NCBI RefSeq assembly: GCF_006345805.1 | Contig: NC_042997.1 | Location: 164,796,001-164,860,000 of the forward strand | Length of the DNA: 64,000 nt | Direction: 5' to 3' | Source of the DNA: Octopus sinensis | Taxonomy: Eukaryota | Part shown: piece after piece, positions 38,303 through 51,560 of the stretch | Position numbering within the stretch: the first letter of the stretch is position 1 | Layout: every line of letters begins with the position of its first letter | The notes under the pieces: model-generated | Database searches by the model: none | Told to the model about the DNA's origin: nothing | What the model saw: the letters and a program-made list of their open reading frames with translations, nothing else | Position numbers and translations under genes: made by a program

Positions 38303-39205
38303 TTTTCTACAGAAGGCACAAGGTCTGAAATTTGGTGGGAGAGGAATAGTCGATTACATCGACCCCAGTGTTTCACTGGTACTTAATTTATCGACCCCGA
38401 AAGGATGAGAGGCAAAGTTGAATTTGAACTCAACACGTAATTTGAACTCAAAACGTAGCGACGGGCGAAATACAGCTAAGCATTTTGTTCAGCGTGCTAA
38501 CGATTGTGCCAGCTCGCTGCCGTAATAATAATGATAATAGTAATAATCCTTTCTACTGGAGGCACAAGGCCTCAAATTTGGGGTTAGTGGACTAGTCGAT
38601 TATGTCGAATCAGTGTTTCACTGGTACTTAATTAATCGATCCGCCAAGGGATGAAAGTTGGCCTCGGCAGAATTTGAACTCAGAACATAAAGACAGACGA
38701 AGTACCTATTTCTTTATTACCCACAAGGAGCTTAACACAGAGAGGATAGACAAACGGATTAAGTCGATTATATCGACTCCAGTGTGTAACTAGTACTTAT
38801 TTAATCGACCCCGAAAGGATGAAAGGCAAAGTCGACCTCGGCGGAATTTGAACTCAGAACGTAGCGGCAGACGAAATACCGCTAAGCATTTCGCCCGGCG
38901 TGCTAACGATTCTGCCAGCTCGCCGCCTTCATGATAATAATAATAACCTTCTCTATTATAGGTACTAAACCTGAAATCTACATCAATCCCCAGGATTTGA
39001 CTGGTACTAATTCATTGAACCTGAAAAGATAAAAGGCAAAGTCGACCTCGGTGGCAAAAAATTATAGATAATTTTCCTTTCTATTATAGGCACAATGTCT
39101 GAAATTCTGAGGGAGGAGTTTAATCGATTACATCGACCCCAGTGCTCGACATGTACTTATTTCATCGACCTCGAAAGATGAAAGGCAAAGCCAACTCCGG
39201 CGGAA
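38302..39205 (-). mobile_element. Tandem array of 4-5 family A SINE units separated by (AAT)n or AT-rich linkers
   Basis: Units at about 38302-38523, 38548-38929 (dimer), 38948-39055 and 39077-39205. Confidence 0.88.
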
Positions 39206-39654
39206 AAACATAAAAATAATAATACAGCAGCATAATAATAATTCAAGGATAGTGCTGACATACAAGACATGTCTTTTAACTGCAAATGGGCAAAATAAGC
39301 ACTATCTTTCTTGTAATGCAATTGTTGGACAAATGCCATAGTTTTGCATCATACTGATTTACATATAAATGGGATTTTGATTGCGTCAAATGCAGGGTAA
39401 AGATCAGTGAATACATTTTATATAAAGATTAACTGAACAGACAAAAGTGTTGACTGACGGAGAGACTATTACTGTCCATGGGCGGTAGACTTAAGCCGTC
39501 ACGTTGTTTAGCATCATCACCTGACCTGCGGGTGTCCATGGCGGAGTTCAATTGGGCCAGATCTTCTGTTTGAGGGTAACTCTCAACAGTCTGGGAGGAT
39601 CTGGAAAGACTCGTGGGTGGTTACTTTTGTCTCCTAAGTCATTAAAAAAAAATG

Positions 39655-39902
39655 TCTGGTATTTTTTCTTATTGGTGTCTTTTGCTGAACCGCTAAGTTA
39701 CTGGGACGTCAACTAACCAATACCAGTCATCAAGTAGAAGGGCGGAGGCAAAACACACATACAAACACATATATGCACACTTTTCGTGTGCCAAATTCGA
39801 TCACGTGGCTTTGTCGGTCCGGAGCTATAGTAGAAGTTACTTGCCGAAAGTGTTGCGCAGTAGTATTGAACTCAAAACCACGTGGTTGCAGAGCAAGTTC
39901 CC
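39655..39902 (-). mobile_element. SINE family B (decayed)
   Basis: gctgaaccgctaagttactgggacgt...gctatagtagaagttacttgccg...aaccacgtggttgcagagcaag. Confidence 0.7.
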
Positions 39903-40945
39903 TCCACGGCTTTCACCATTCATTTTTGTCAATGATGTCAATAAAAAAACGCATGAACATTACACAATCTCATTTGCCCAAAACTTAATGTGGTTGTTTA
40001 GTGTATTTCAAGAAGGTTAAATAAATCATTGCTACGACAAAAATAAATTTTGGCTTAATCGTCCATCATAGAAAGAAGAAAATAATATAATTACAATAGA
40101 ACAACTGCATAGTAAAGGATATACATATATATTTTTATTTTTTTCAGCTTGTAATATCGATTTAATGAGTCGGTTAAGAAAATTGGCTGAAGAAAAAAAA
40201 AAAAAAGAAAGAAAAATATCATAGTCGTAAAGAAACTGAAAAAAAAAAATGAAAAATGAATACTAGACCTCTGACCACGTCAAAGTGATTAAGCTTGATT
40301 TAAACATATACAAAACTATGGAAACAATATTTGAGTAATTCAAACTGGTTTGCATATCACTAAATAGACATTGTCCCCAGAGACACACAGACGTACAGAC
40401 ATACACAGACACACAGAGAAAGAAGGCGGGAGAGAAAGTGTGAGAGAAAGAAAAAAGATAAAATGTGAAAAAGAAACCTAAGTGAAAATACTTTGATCTT
40501 TGGATGATATGAAAACCTCATTTGTGAGCACGTGTTATATTGCTTAGATTTTTCTCTTTTAATAGACACAAATAATTAAACGACAAATAAATCATTGCAA
40601 CAAAAGCAGTCTGTTGTTTTAAGTGAATCTTTTTGGGGAATAATCATCAAAATCTTTTCTTCTTGTCGGCTCTTAAAAAGGGAAGAAGAAGTAAAAAAAA
40701 AAAGTGTAGATCTTAATGCTCTGATCTAGATTTCTAGTTTTGGCACAAGGCCATATATTTTAGGAGAAGAGGACAATAGTCTAATCTACCTCATTATATG
40801 ACTGCTACTTACTCGAAAAACCGTAAAAAACATCGACATCATAGTTCGATCTGATAGAAAAAGCATTAAAATATTTCATTAATTACATTCCACTTTCTTA
40901 AACGAATCAAGGTTAATTGGATAGTATAGTGTTCTTTCTATATAT

Positions 40946-41079
40946 ATTATAATTTTTCAAGAATAGGGGAGACAGTGACTTCGAAGTTTGGACTACTGGT
41001 CTTCATTGGACAGTTCGATAAACGTTAGTAGACCGAAATTTCGAAGTCACTGTCACCACTCTTCTTGTAAAATTATAAT
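40946..41079. repeat. Fold-back MITE-like element; related shorter copy at about 44112-44195
   Basis: attataatttttcaagaataggggagacagtgacttcgaag...ctact pairs with agtag...ttcgaagtcactgtcaccactcttcttgtaaaattataat. Confidence 0.82.
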
Positions 41080-41159
41080 AGATATGCGCAGTGCAAAAAG
41101 TATTGAGTAATCCTTCAGTTTAATGTAAAAAGAAATCATTTTAAACTCGATATACATAT

Positions 41160-41376
41160 TTCTTTATTGCCCACAAGGGGCTAAACACAGAGAGGACAAA
41201 CAAGGACAGATAAAGGGATTAAGTCGATTATATCGACCCCAGTGCGTAACTGGTACTTATTTAATCGACTCCGAAAGGATGAAAGGCAAAGTCGACCTTG
41301 GCGGAATTTGAACTCAGAACGTAACGGCAGACGAAATACCGCTACGCATTTCGCCCGGCGTGCTAACGATTCTGCC
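41160..41376 (-). mobile_element. SINE family A, young copy
   Basis: tttctttattgcccacaaggggctaaacacagag...gaaaggcaaagtcgaccttggcggaatttgaactcagaacg...gtgctaacgattctgcca. Confidence 0.92.
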
Positions 41377-41596
41377 AAAGCAAACATTTGTGTGTGTGTG
41401 TTTTTCCCCCACCGTTTAACAACCTCTGTTGTTTTGTTTATATTACCATAACTTAGCAGTTCGACAAAATTAACAAGTAGAACGTGTGACAGACTTCTTC
41501 AAAAATAAGTAATGGGGACGATGGCGGTGTCCCAGCATGGCTGCAGTTTTATAAATGAAACAAATACCACAGACACACACACACACACACACACAC

Positions 41597-42015
41597 ATTC
41601 TTTTATTCTTTTACCTGTTTCAGCCACTAGACTGCGGCTATGCTCGGACATCACCTTGAAGAAATTTTTGTTAATAAATCAACCCCAATACTTAATTTTC
41701 TAAAGCCTGGTACTTATTCTATCGCTCTCCTTCGCCAAACAGCTAAGTTATGGGGACGAAAACACATCAACGCCGGTTGTCAAGCAGTGGTGATGGTGGT
41801 AGTTGGGTACAAACACAGACAGACAGACACACTCACGTAGATATACATATACATATACGAAGGGTTTCTTTCTGTTTCCGTCTACCAAAACCACTCACAA
41901 GGCTTTGGTTGGCCCGAAGTTATATATAGTAGAAGATACTTGCCCAAGGTGCCACGCTGTGGGACTGGACCCAGAACCATCTGGATGAGAAGCAAACTTC
42001 TTACCACACAGCTCA
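41597..42015 (-). mobile_element. SINE family B, full length (tail-to-tail with a + strand 3' half at about 41390-41565)
   Basis: tgtttcagccactagactgcggctatgctc...gtttccgtctaccaaaaccactcacaaggctttgg...acttgcccaaggtgccacgc. Confidence 0.85.
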
Positions 42016-42280
42016 TTATTTTTCCAGGTCCCGTGAAACTAATGGCAAAAAGGGAAGAATTTATCTGCAAACTGGAAGCCTAGTCTGAATACGTGTATCA
42101 AAGTAAAGTTCGTAAAGGGCAAAATAGGACTAGGGCTGACGTTAAACAGGGTGGTGGTTTAAGTATGCAACCCTCAAAACTCAGAACGTAAAGATTCAGA
42201 ATAGATACCACAAGGCATTTAGCCAGCGCCCAAAAAATTCAGTAAAAGCCCCGAAAAGGCCTTGCCTGGCTCTCAATCAT

Positions 42281-42591
42281 TTAAGACGACGAGTGTTCCA
42301 GTTGATAAGATCAACGGAACAATCTGCTCGTGAAATTAACGTGCAAATGGTTGAGCACCCCTCAGACGTGCGTACCATTAACGTAGCTCTCAGAAAGATT
42401 CAATGTGACACACCGAACGTGACAAGGCTAGCCTACTGAGCTACAAGTACGACTCATTTTTGCCAGCTGAGTGGACAAGAGCAACATGAAATAAAGTGCC
42501 TTGTTTAAGGACACAACGAGCTAACAGGAATCAAACTCGGGACCATACAACCGTCAGCCGAATACTCTAACCATTAAGCCAAACACCTTCA
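42281..42591 (-). mobile_element. SINE family C variant (long 3' part)
   Basis: ctgctcgtgaaattaacgtgcaa...ctcatttttgccagctgagtggac...aaataaagtgccttg; same variant as 56603-56914. Confidence 0.8.
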
Positions 42592-42935
42592 CCGAAAAGG
42601 ATGAAAACCAAAAGTGATATTGGAGAGATTTGAACAAGAACGTAGAGAGCAGGAACAAATACGACACGATATTTTTTCTTACACTTAAAAGAAAGAAAAA
42701 AAAAACAGAAAAGAAAGAAAGAAGTGGGCCATCATGGCTGTAATGTCCTTAATCATAGGTTTGCTCACTCTACGCGATCAGGGATGGCTTCTGGTTAAAG
42801 AACAACAACCAGTTCTGAAAGACAAATCAATTGCGTAGAAGAAAACTGTCAATATCTCAAGGACACGAAGGACATTGACACGGAGCATCAATGCAGCGTG
42901 GTCTCTTTATCTCTCTCCCCCTCTCTCTCTCTCTA

Positions 42936-43011
<76 letters not shown>

Positions 43012-43229
43012 CAGAGAGAGATACACACACACGCACGCATATATATGTATATAGATAAACTAAAAACTTTACTGTGCGTGTGTGCGCGCGTTTACACACA
43101 CGTTTACACACATACACAAACACACAAATGTGTATATATGTTTATATTTATACTTATATATAAATATGCACATATGCAAATTTATATGTATAAATGAGTG
43201 TTTATATATATTGTATATCTATCTATCTA

Positions 43230-43269
<40 letters not shown>

Positions 43270-43968
43270 TCTATCTACCAACCTACCAACCTGTCTGTCT
43301 GTCTGACAATCTATCTATCTGTCTGTCTGTATATAAATATATATGCTCCTGTGTGTATGTGTGTGTATGAGTGAAATAATGACGAAATCAAAGACATCAA
43401 ACTCAAGTGAACAAATGTCCTCGATAGAATTACTAAGATTATACAACCCCCGAAACTTATTCTCACATCACCGCTAGTAGCAACACCAATAGAAAAAGTC
43501 GCAGTAGTAGACAGCAGCAGTGACAAGCAACAGTAGGCTGCTGCACACAAACGGTAACAGTGACAGCAGCAACGGCTGAGCAACAGCAGCAGAAGTGACA
43601 ATTTCGGACCAGATTGGCTTAGTGGTTGAATTATCTTGTGGTTAAACCAACGCAGTGACACGGAAGCCGCTGATTAGGCCGTTGTTATACAATCGCACCG
43701 CAGAGTGGTGCATCTACTAGACGCAGGTTGTAAATGACAGGGGAAAGATGTGGTGAGGTTAGCAGAGGGATAGAAGCGATAGTTGAATGCAGGGAGACAG
43801 AGAGAGAGAGAGGGAGAGGGGAGAGAGAGAGAGAGAGAGGGGAAGATCATGATGTCGTAAAACCAAAGGTGAATAATGAATATATAGTAGCAAATGGAGA
43901 AAATCGACTTCATAGGATAGAAAGTGAACGGAAAAGAAAGAGTATTATGACTGTAATGTCGTTGACAT

Positions 43969-44041
<73 letters not shown>

Positions 44042-44436
44042 ATTTAATTTTAGACCGAAGGAGCACTCAATACATTGTAGTAGAGTTCATGTGTGCATGT
44101 TATATTAACTGTCAAAGGAAAAAGGTTGACAGTGAGTTAGACGATTCGGCTGGACCACACATCGAAGTCACTGTCAACATTTTGCTTGGAAAAAAATTCA
44201 CACATGCGCGCGCGCACACACACACAGATATATAATATAAGTATATATATATATATATATAATATATATATATATATACATACATACATATATATATATA
44301 TATATTATATATATATATATATATATGAAAATATATATAATATGAAAATATATATAAATATAAATATATATATAACTACAAATATATATATATAAATATA
44401 GATGTATATATAAATAGAAATATATATAAATTTAAA

Positions 44437-44497
<61 letters not shown>

Positions 44498-44499
<2 letters not shown>

Positions 44500-45602
44500 T
44501 TGAGGAGCCACCTCATGAAAACACAAACAGTGAGCGGTGTTCCAGAGGGCATTGTCTTGGGACCACTGCTTCTCATAGTGGCCCTCTCAGATATGCCCTC
44601 AACTGCCCGGATAGTCACCCTTGCTAGCTACACAGATGATACGAAAGTCTCGCAGAAAATACAGAACCCCAGCAATGTTGCACACCTGCAGCAGGAGTTG
44701 GATTCAATTTACAGATGGGCCTAGGATAATAATATGCAGTTTCATTCTGAAAAATTCCAAGCCCTGCGCTACCAGCGTCCAAACTGAATATAAGACGTAT
44801 AGAGTATACTGGTCCAAAGGGGATTAGAACCCCGAAGCCAAAAGCAGTGAGGGACCTGGGTATCGACAAGAGTGATGACGCCTCTTTCTAAATGCACATT
44901 ACCAGGATGGCGACAAAGTGCAGACGTCTGGATGGCTGGATTTTGAGAACGTTCAGAACCAGATAGAAGGAAACCATGATGGACATCTGTAGGACATTCG
45001 TCCTCAGCCGCTTGGTTTACTACTCCCAGCCATGGTCATCCAACAGTGTAAAATTAACAGCGGACCTTGAAGCAATTCAGCGAAGCTTTACAAAGAAGAT
45101 CGTTTCATTGCAACAGCACAGCTACTGGGAAAGGCTGAAACAGCTAAGACTCTACTCCCTGGAGAGAAGACGGGAGATGTATGCAGTAATATATATCTGG
45201 AAGATCCTGGAAGGAATTGTGCCAAATTTTGGCATTGAAATCTACACAAATACCAGAACGGGTCGCCACTGCACAGTGCGAAGGATCCCAGCAATGCTAT
45301 CGCGCTCCAGGACCAGTAACTGCAACAGCGTGGGTTTCAGGGGCCCACAGCTTTTTAATATTCTCTCAAAGAACCTAGAAGACCTAAACAAAGTGCATGT
45401 AGGTGTTTTCAAATCAAAAGTGGATCTCTTCTTGTCGAGAATCGCAGATGAATCTAATTCACGGCAGAAGGTGCAAATGAGAGTAGTGACATCAAACTCC
45501 CTTATTCACCAAATGTTACATAATTAGAGGGCCTCTCGGTAATAACAGTGTAGCAAAACGGCGGTACCCCCAGCATGGCCACTGATTTGAGCTGAAACTG
45601 AA
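44498..45602 (+). mobile_element. 5'-truncated LINE, same family as 24260-25380, more decayed
   Basis: [13 protein letters not shown]...SYTDDTKV, then LRLYSLERRRE and GFRGPQLFNIL (ORFs 44500-44724 and 44976-45527); tail ggcggtacccccagcatggccactgatttgagctgaaactg. Confidence 0.9.
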
Positions 45603-45604
45603 CA

Positions 45605-45637
<33 letters not shown>

Positions 45638-45801
45638 GTATGTATGTACGTATGTATGTATGTATGTATATATTATAAAGGTAGCTTATTCGCAATTTTC
45701 AACCGAAAGGCAGAACTATAGACAGCAATGCTGGTACTAACTAGTACCTTTAGTCACTTTACTTAGGTTTATAGGTATAAAACCCTAATATATATATATA
45801 T

Positions 45802-48465
45802 ATGACTTTTTGATTTTCTTGGAAAAAACAATTTCCTGTATCAAAAGTCGATGAGCAATTTTATGTAAGTAGGGAAAATAACCTTTACTCTAAGTTTTTT
45901 AAAAATATGTCACCCCAACTAAAGAAATCTAACACCTCTTTTGACCCAAATCATGCAAAATTCTAGTGGGGTGGTCATAATGCGTACTCAAGTTTTTACC
46001 AAACTTTGTGTGCTTGCTTAATGCAATGCAGAAGCAGTGTATCTCAAATTTCAGTTTCCAAGTTTAAGTAGTTGATGAGGTATAGAGCTTTTAATTTGTT
46101 ACCACTTAGGCCCTACTTTAGGAAATATCCTCTTCCTCTGCTTTTTATTTTTGTAACGCTAAAAACTGTTTTTCAGAATAGTTGGCTTATCCAACTACAG
46201 TATGTAAAATAATGTCTTATAAGAGAAGTGTTTGCGTCAATCAAAGAAACAAAAAAATCTGGACGAAGAATCTCGTGCAATTTCAAGGCTCGCATAGGAA
46301 AAGAAGACCTATTCCTCTAGAACAGCATTCTTTAGAAAACAACTGCAGAATACCAATGAAACTTCAAGTTGTCAGTCGCTACCAGTTCCTTATAGGTACC
46401 ACCAAAGGAAGGAAGGAAAGATCAAAGGGAATTTCGAAAGAAGTAACTTTTTATGTCAAAAGAAATTAAATTTCGCATATTTATCAATTCAAAATGTACA
46501 AGCAAAAGTAGAAAAGTGCTAAAAGCCTACGATAAATGTGTAAAACGAGGAAAATACGATTCATTGAAAGGAAGTTTTTATATCACAAAAGAAAACGGTG
46601 AATGGCTGTGCAGTGAGGATAGAAGGTTATATTATTTTCAAATTGAAAGCAAGGACCAGGTTGGGTATGCAACTGGAAAGGCAGCCAGTTCCAAAACTAT
46701 CCATCCAAAAGAAGAAAAGTGTTGTTAAAGCCAACTTCAACTAGACCAACTCCAGTGTCATCGTAAAAGTTTGAAGCAGAGACTGAAAGTGAATATCAAG
46801 TATCCGAAAAATCAGTTGAATAATCCACACAAACAAGGAGGAAGTATAGCAAAACTGAAACTGCAATCAAATCAGTAATACCTTCCAAGCTATCAACCCA
46901 AAAAGCAGCAACAGTCTGTCGACAATTATCTCAAGATGGAATCAATGTCGAGACTCCTTTCCAATCTGGTATTTACAGATCAACTATCAAAGAAGCTGTT
47001 AAACTAAAAAGGAACATGAAGAAAACACCACATGTAGAAAACTAGTCATTGCATTATGATGGCAAACGTATTAATAACCAAGAATAACAAGTGCTAGTTT
47101 TAAAGAATGAACAGTGAGAAGTTAAATTAGAGGCATTTCAATTAGCTAACGGAAAAGCCGATAATGTTGTGAAAGGAACAACAGTTGTTTTAGATGAATA
47201 CAATCTATGGAACTGTAAAGATGACTGTCGCTGATGCAATAAGTGTGAACACTGGGAAAAGAAATGGCATTGTCATTCAGTTGCAAAGACTGTTTGTTCA
47301 AAAAGGGTTTGAAAGAACCGCAATTTATTGGTTGTCAGCATCATATCCTTTACAGAGTTCTTCGTGTTGTAATGGATAACGAATGTGGAAAAAAAGTCAT
47401 CTCCCAATATTGAATATACATTTATCCCAGAGTTTCTAAGTAATTATTAGAAACTCCAGGCTAATTTCAACAATGGTGAAAAAAAGATTACTGAATCAGC
47501 AGAATGGCGAGATAATATGAAATTTCTATTTAATTTGACCAGAGATTTTCGTTTCTTTGAAGAAACCGGAAAATTTCCTACTGTAAAGATTAAAAAAAAC
47601 CAAAAGAGTTTTGCTTCTCAATGTTTGTCGATTCATCTCTTTCAGCTGAGCAGATTTTTGATTTACTGACGAAATGTTCAATGCATATGATTATTAGAAG
47701 TTACGTGGGAGCCTGCAAGTTCATAAAAAAGCATTTAACTTTGTAAAAAACTTTTGTAGTCGAGAACCATGAAAACTAGAAATTCCTAGAACAAATCAGA
47801 GCACAGAACGGGCAATCAAGTGCCATCAAGATCTTTATGTTTGTAAAAAGGAGACACTTTAGCTTCGATTTATTTTATCTAACAAAACATACTAATTCTT
47901 TGTTATGTTTAACAATTTGCTAACATTCAGTACCCTTTCTCTTATACAGTTATTTAAAATTGGAACTAAACCTATAAAGTTAAAAATATGTATTTTTTAA
48001 ATTCTGTATGTTATCAAATGCTTGTAGCGGCCTGTCTTAAAATAGCCTAGCTTTGAACCTTTGCATAGCGCAATTTCAATTTAATAATCTTAAAAATGTA
48101 TAAATTCCACATCTCACTCGCATTTACAAGGATTTAGGCAGCGGAAATACTGGTGTGAATCTAGTGCCACCTAGTGATTATAGTTTTAAAAGCCCATAAC
48201 TCCGAAACTACTTCAACTAGAAAGCTGAAATTTCAGATATATCATAACAGCTGCTCAGGTTTTTTTAAACCACGTTTGGTAAAAAAAAAAACTGAGCAGG
48301 TGTTATGAACCCACCTAGAATTTTGCATGATTTGGGTCAAAAGTGGTGATCAATTTCTTAAGTTAGGGGTGACGTTTTTTTTTCAAATAAAGTAAAATAA
48401 ATGTTAGTTACCTGACTTTTATAGAATTATTCATCAGTATAGGGTTATTAGGTTATGGAAAAGTC

Positions 48466-48467
<2 letters not shown>
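45802..48467 (+). mobile_element. Decayed hATm-like DDE DNA transposon with bipartite inverted repeats
   Basis: Transposase motifs HYDGK (47052-47066), ADAISVNTG (47230-47256), CQHH (47333-47344) and RTNQSTERAIK (47788-47820). Perfect 29-bp IR at 45938-45966/48315-48343; outer 9-bp IR atgactttt/aaaagtcat next to (TA)n. The family name comes from recalled motif similarity. Confidence 0.75.
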
Positions 48468-48508
<41 letters not shown>

Positions 48509-49852
48509 TGTATATATTTCTATTGAATACAAACACATAGATGGTAAGTATATGTATATATACTGACATTGATCATGAGTTTGTGAATATGTGCGTTATA
48601 ATGTGCATGCAAATGGTTACTCAGAAAAGTTCTAATTCGCTACATAACACTGCAAAGATGCAATTGAAACTGCTTTATGAAAACCAGCTTTCAATTCTTC
48701 AATTTCTTCATGTATCATATTAATACATTCTACGACTTCATTGTAAATTATGAACATTGCAGAGAGCTACCTTAATAATGTCGTTTCTTCGATTATGATT
48801 CTGCTGTCAGTGACTTTCAGAGCTTCTGCTGCCTGTAATCGTTTGGGGGTGACCAGTGTTATGGAAATGTTTTGCAACACTTCATTATGGAATCTTTCTA
48901 TCAAATGAAATTGATGAGGCGATTGGATTCTTTGACAAAAGAAATTACACCATCTTCAAGTAAGAATCGTTATGGTTGTGTCACGCTTATGAAAATTTTG
49001 TTTCTTCAAAATCTTTATTGCAATTTAATTAAGTTAATTATGGCTCTTAAAACGGAAAAGGCTTACAATGAAGGCCATAATGAATATTGTTGTTATTGCT
49101 ACTCTGCTCTAATCTAGGCCTGCTCGAGCTATCATAGGTTTAGTCAGTTCTAATTGTCGAGCATCCAGCCTTTTTCTCGGATGCAGTGTGTTTAGCATTG
49201 CGTTGTTCTACGCGTCATATATTTGTTAGTGCCGCTAGGGAATAATTTGAGAGATACATAGACGCTGTTTTTAGTATAGGACGAATAACTGCATAGTGCT
49301 TCTTATATTTCCTCACTCGTGATTTATTTGTTGTCAAGCCCGCAGTCAAGGTCAATCGAATAAAATTTTTCTTTCGGCTATGATGTATTTTGGGCTGCCT
49401 TATCCCACTTTTTTTCTATTTATTACTGTGGTAGGGAGGTTTTTATTTTTTTTACCTTACTTGTTAAGCCTAGGTATACAGCAACCGAAAAGACATTTTT
49501 CTTTCAGCCATAGTGTATCGAAGACTTGTATTATTCGGTAAGTTTTGCATTTGATACGCCAGTAGGCTGAAAAGAGATTTGGTTGCTATTTCTAATAGGT
49601 TAAATAAACATCATGGACATTCCTGTGTTGGTTTATTGAAGACTATTTATTCATAGAGGTTGAATGAAACTGAATATATTAATGAGATGACTAGCATGTT
49701 TCAAACGTAGGCGTCCGAAGTCCTATTTAGTTTAGTTTCATAAAGAATACGTATCATTTCAAAACATACAAAGATTACAATAGACATTCAAATATGATCA
49801 CACAACTTCAGTATTCGTCAAATACGAGGTGGTTTATTTGTATATAGGGTAC

Positions 49853-51230
49853 ATTACTTAGATTACTTAGATACGTTTTGGCCAAAGTTGGCTCAGGCCA
49901 CGTCTAATTTAATCGCACTATCTGGAAGAGATACACAGTCAACTCTTGGCCACTATAGCCCATTCGAGCAGAGGGTTATTGTTTACAGAGACATATCCGG
50001 GTTTTGGTGGTTTGTCTGGTATTTGTTGAGGTAATCATCTAGGGACCGTTTGAATGCAGTGAAATCACTTTCCTCCTTTATGTGAGCTAGTACGATGTTG
50101 AAGAGAGCAGGGCCAGTCGAGATGAAATAGTTCTGTCGTAGTGTTGTGATGCGACACTAACTTGATTTCTATAGTGGACGGTTTGCACGAGGGCGAAGCC
50201 TCGGATGAATTTTAAAGATGATACCTATATCATTTGAGCAATGTTGATGGAATATTTTCCACATCACACAGATGATATAGCGCTCACGGCGGCGTTGGAG
50301 GGAGTAAAGCCTGAGCTTTTTGAGTCGATCGCAAGGCTTGTCATATCATATGTATTTTTTTTTTTTGTGATTGATTTCTGGGGAGTTTCAATTTTCATAA
50401 TATTCTGTATCATGAGGGGTATCACAGCGGACAACAGTATTCAAGGTGAGGGCGAGCAAAAGTAGAATAATGGTAGGGGCGTCTCTAGACCGGAAAGTCC
50501 TGAGGATCGAGGAACACGCCCTGCGAGCCATGTCAACTTTGCTGTTTATGTAAGCACTCCAGCTTATTTTGTTATCAACAGTAACACCCAGGTCTCTAGT
50601 AGTGCTGGATGCCACGAAGATTTCGCCCAAGGGAAGAGTGTATGGTTGTTGGAATGCAGTCTCTTTACTGAAGTGCATTAGGTTGAATTTCTTCTCGTTT
50701 AGCTGCATATTATGTTTCTCCGCCCATTGGGTAACAGCTAACAGATGAGATTGAAGATTTGCCTGGTTTTCAACCTTGTCAACAAACTTCAGTAACTTAG
50801 AGTCATCCACGCAAATATGCATATGTTTGATGACGTCAGTGATGTCGTTTATATGAATTATGAAAGGGAACGGGTCCAAAACAGTGCCTTGTGGAACTCC
50901 ACTTATAACCACATGTTGAGTTCTGTTCATCAGAAAACATTTAATCCAAGTTAACAGTTTTCTTCGAACTCCAATTCTTTAACGGGATGCAGTGATCAAC
51001 CATGTCAAAGGCTTTTCTGAAGTCAAGAATATAACATTAGCATTGGTGTCCTCTCCCATGGCCTTTAAGATGTCGTTGAAATGATGCAAGGGCTGTGTTA
51101 AGCAGTCCCTTCCATTGCGGAAGCCATGTTGGTTGTGAATAATCAGGCTGTTAGATTTCAAGAAGTGAGTTACTCGAGATCTCGCAACTCTCTCAAATAA
51201 TTTTAATGATATACAAACAAATTTTGTATA
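49853..51230 (-). mobile_element. 5'-truncated LINE (CR1/L2-group-like, second family)
   Basis: KLFERVARS...QHGFRNGRDCLTQ (ORF 50979-51245), GVPQGTVLDP...DDSKL...RDLGV (ORF 50388-50930); 3' end with (tctaagtaa)2 on the minus strand. Confidence 0.88.
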
Positions 51231-51273
51231 ACACTTTGTAGACAAACGTAGATGTTCTAAATAGCCGACATTG

Positions 51274-51319
<46 letters not shown>

Positions 51320-51331
<12 letters not shown>

Positions 51332-51560
51332 ACGGGAAGCTTTATGAAAATAGACAAAAGACGAAGGCAGGTGGAAAACAAACGAACAATTGTATTAGTA
51401 TGGCGCTCAGGAATATAAATAAAACAAGTCTTTAACGTTTCGAGCCTACGCTCTTCAGCAGAAAGATACACAGAGAGAAAAAAAAACACAGAAAGAAGGA
51501 GAGAAAAAAAAATGCGTGCAGTAGCTAACGAATCAACATGGCGATCTGATTTCGGCCAGA
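51320..51560 (-). mobile_element. Penelope-like non-autonomous repeat with a minimal hammerhead-like motif at 51429-51466
   Basis: Minus strand UCUUU-CUGCUGA-A-GAGC-GUAG-GCUC-GAAA-CGUU/AAAGA; perfect 5-bp stem I and 4-bp stem II. Confidence 0.55.

Noticed and set aside
38302-39205. CRISPR-like repeat-spacer array
   Set aside because: Units are about 200-bp SINE copies of variable length in eukaryotic DNA, with no short constant repeats and no cas genes.
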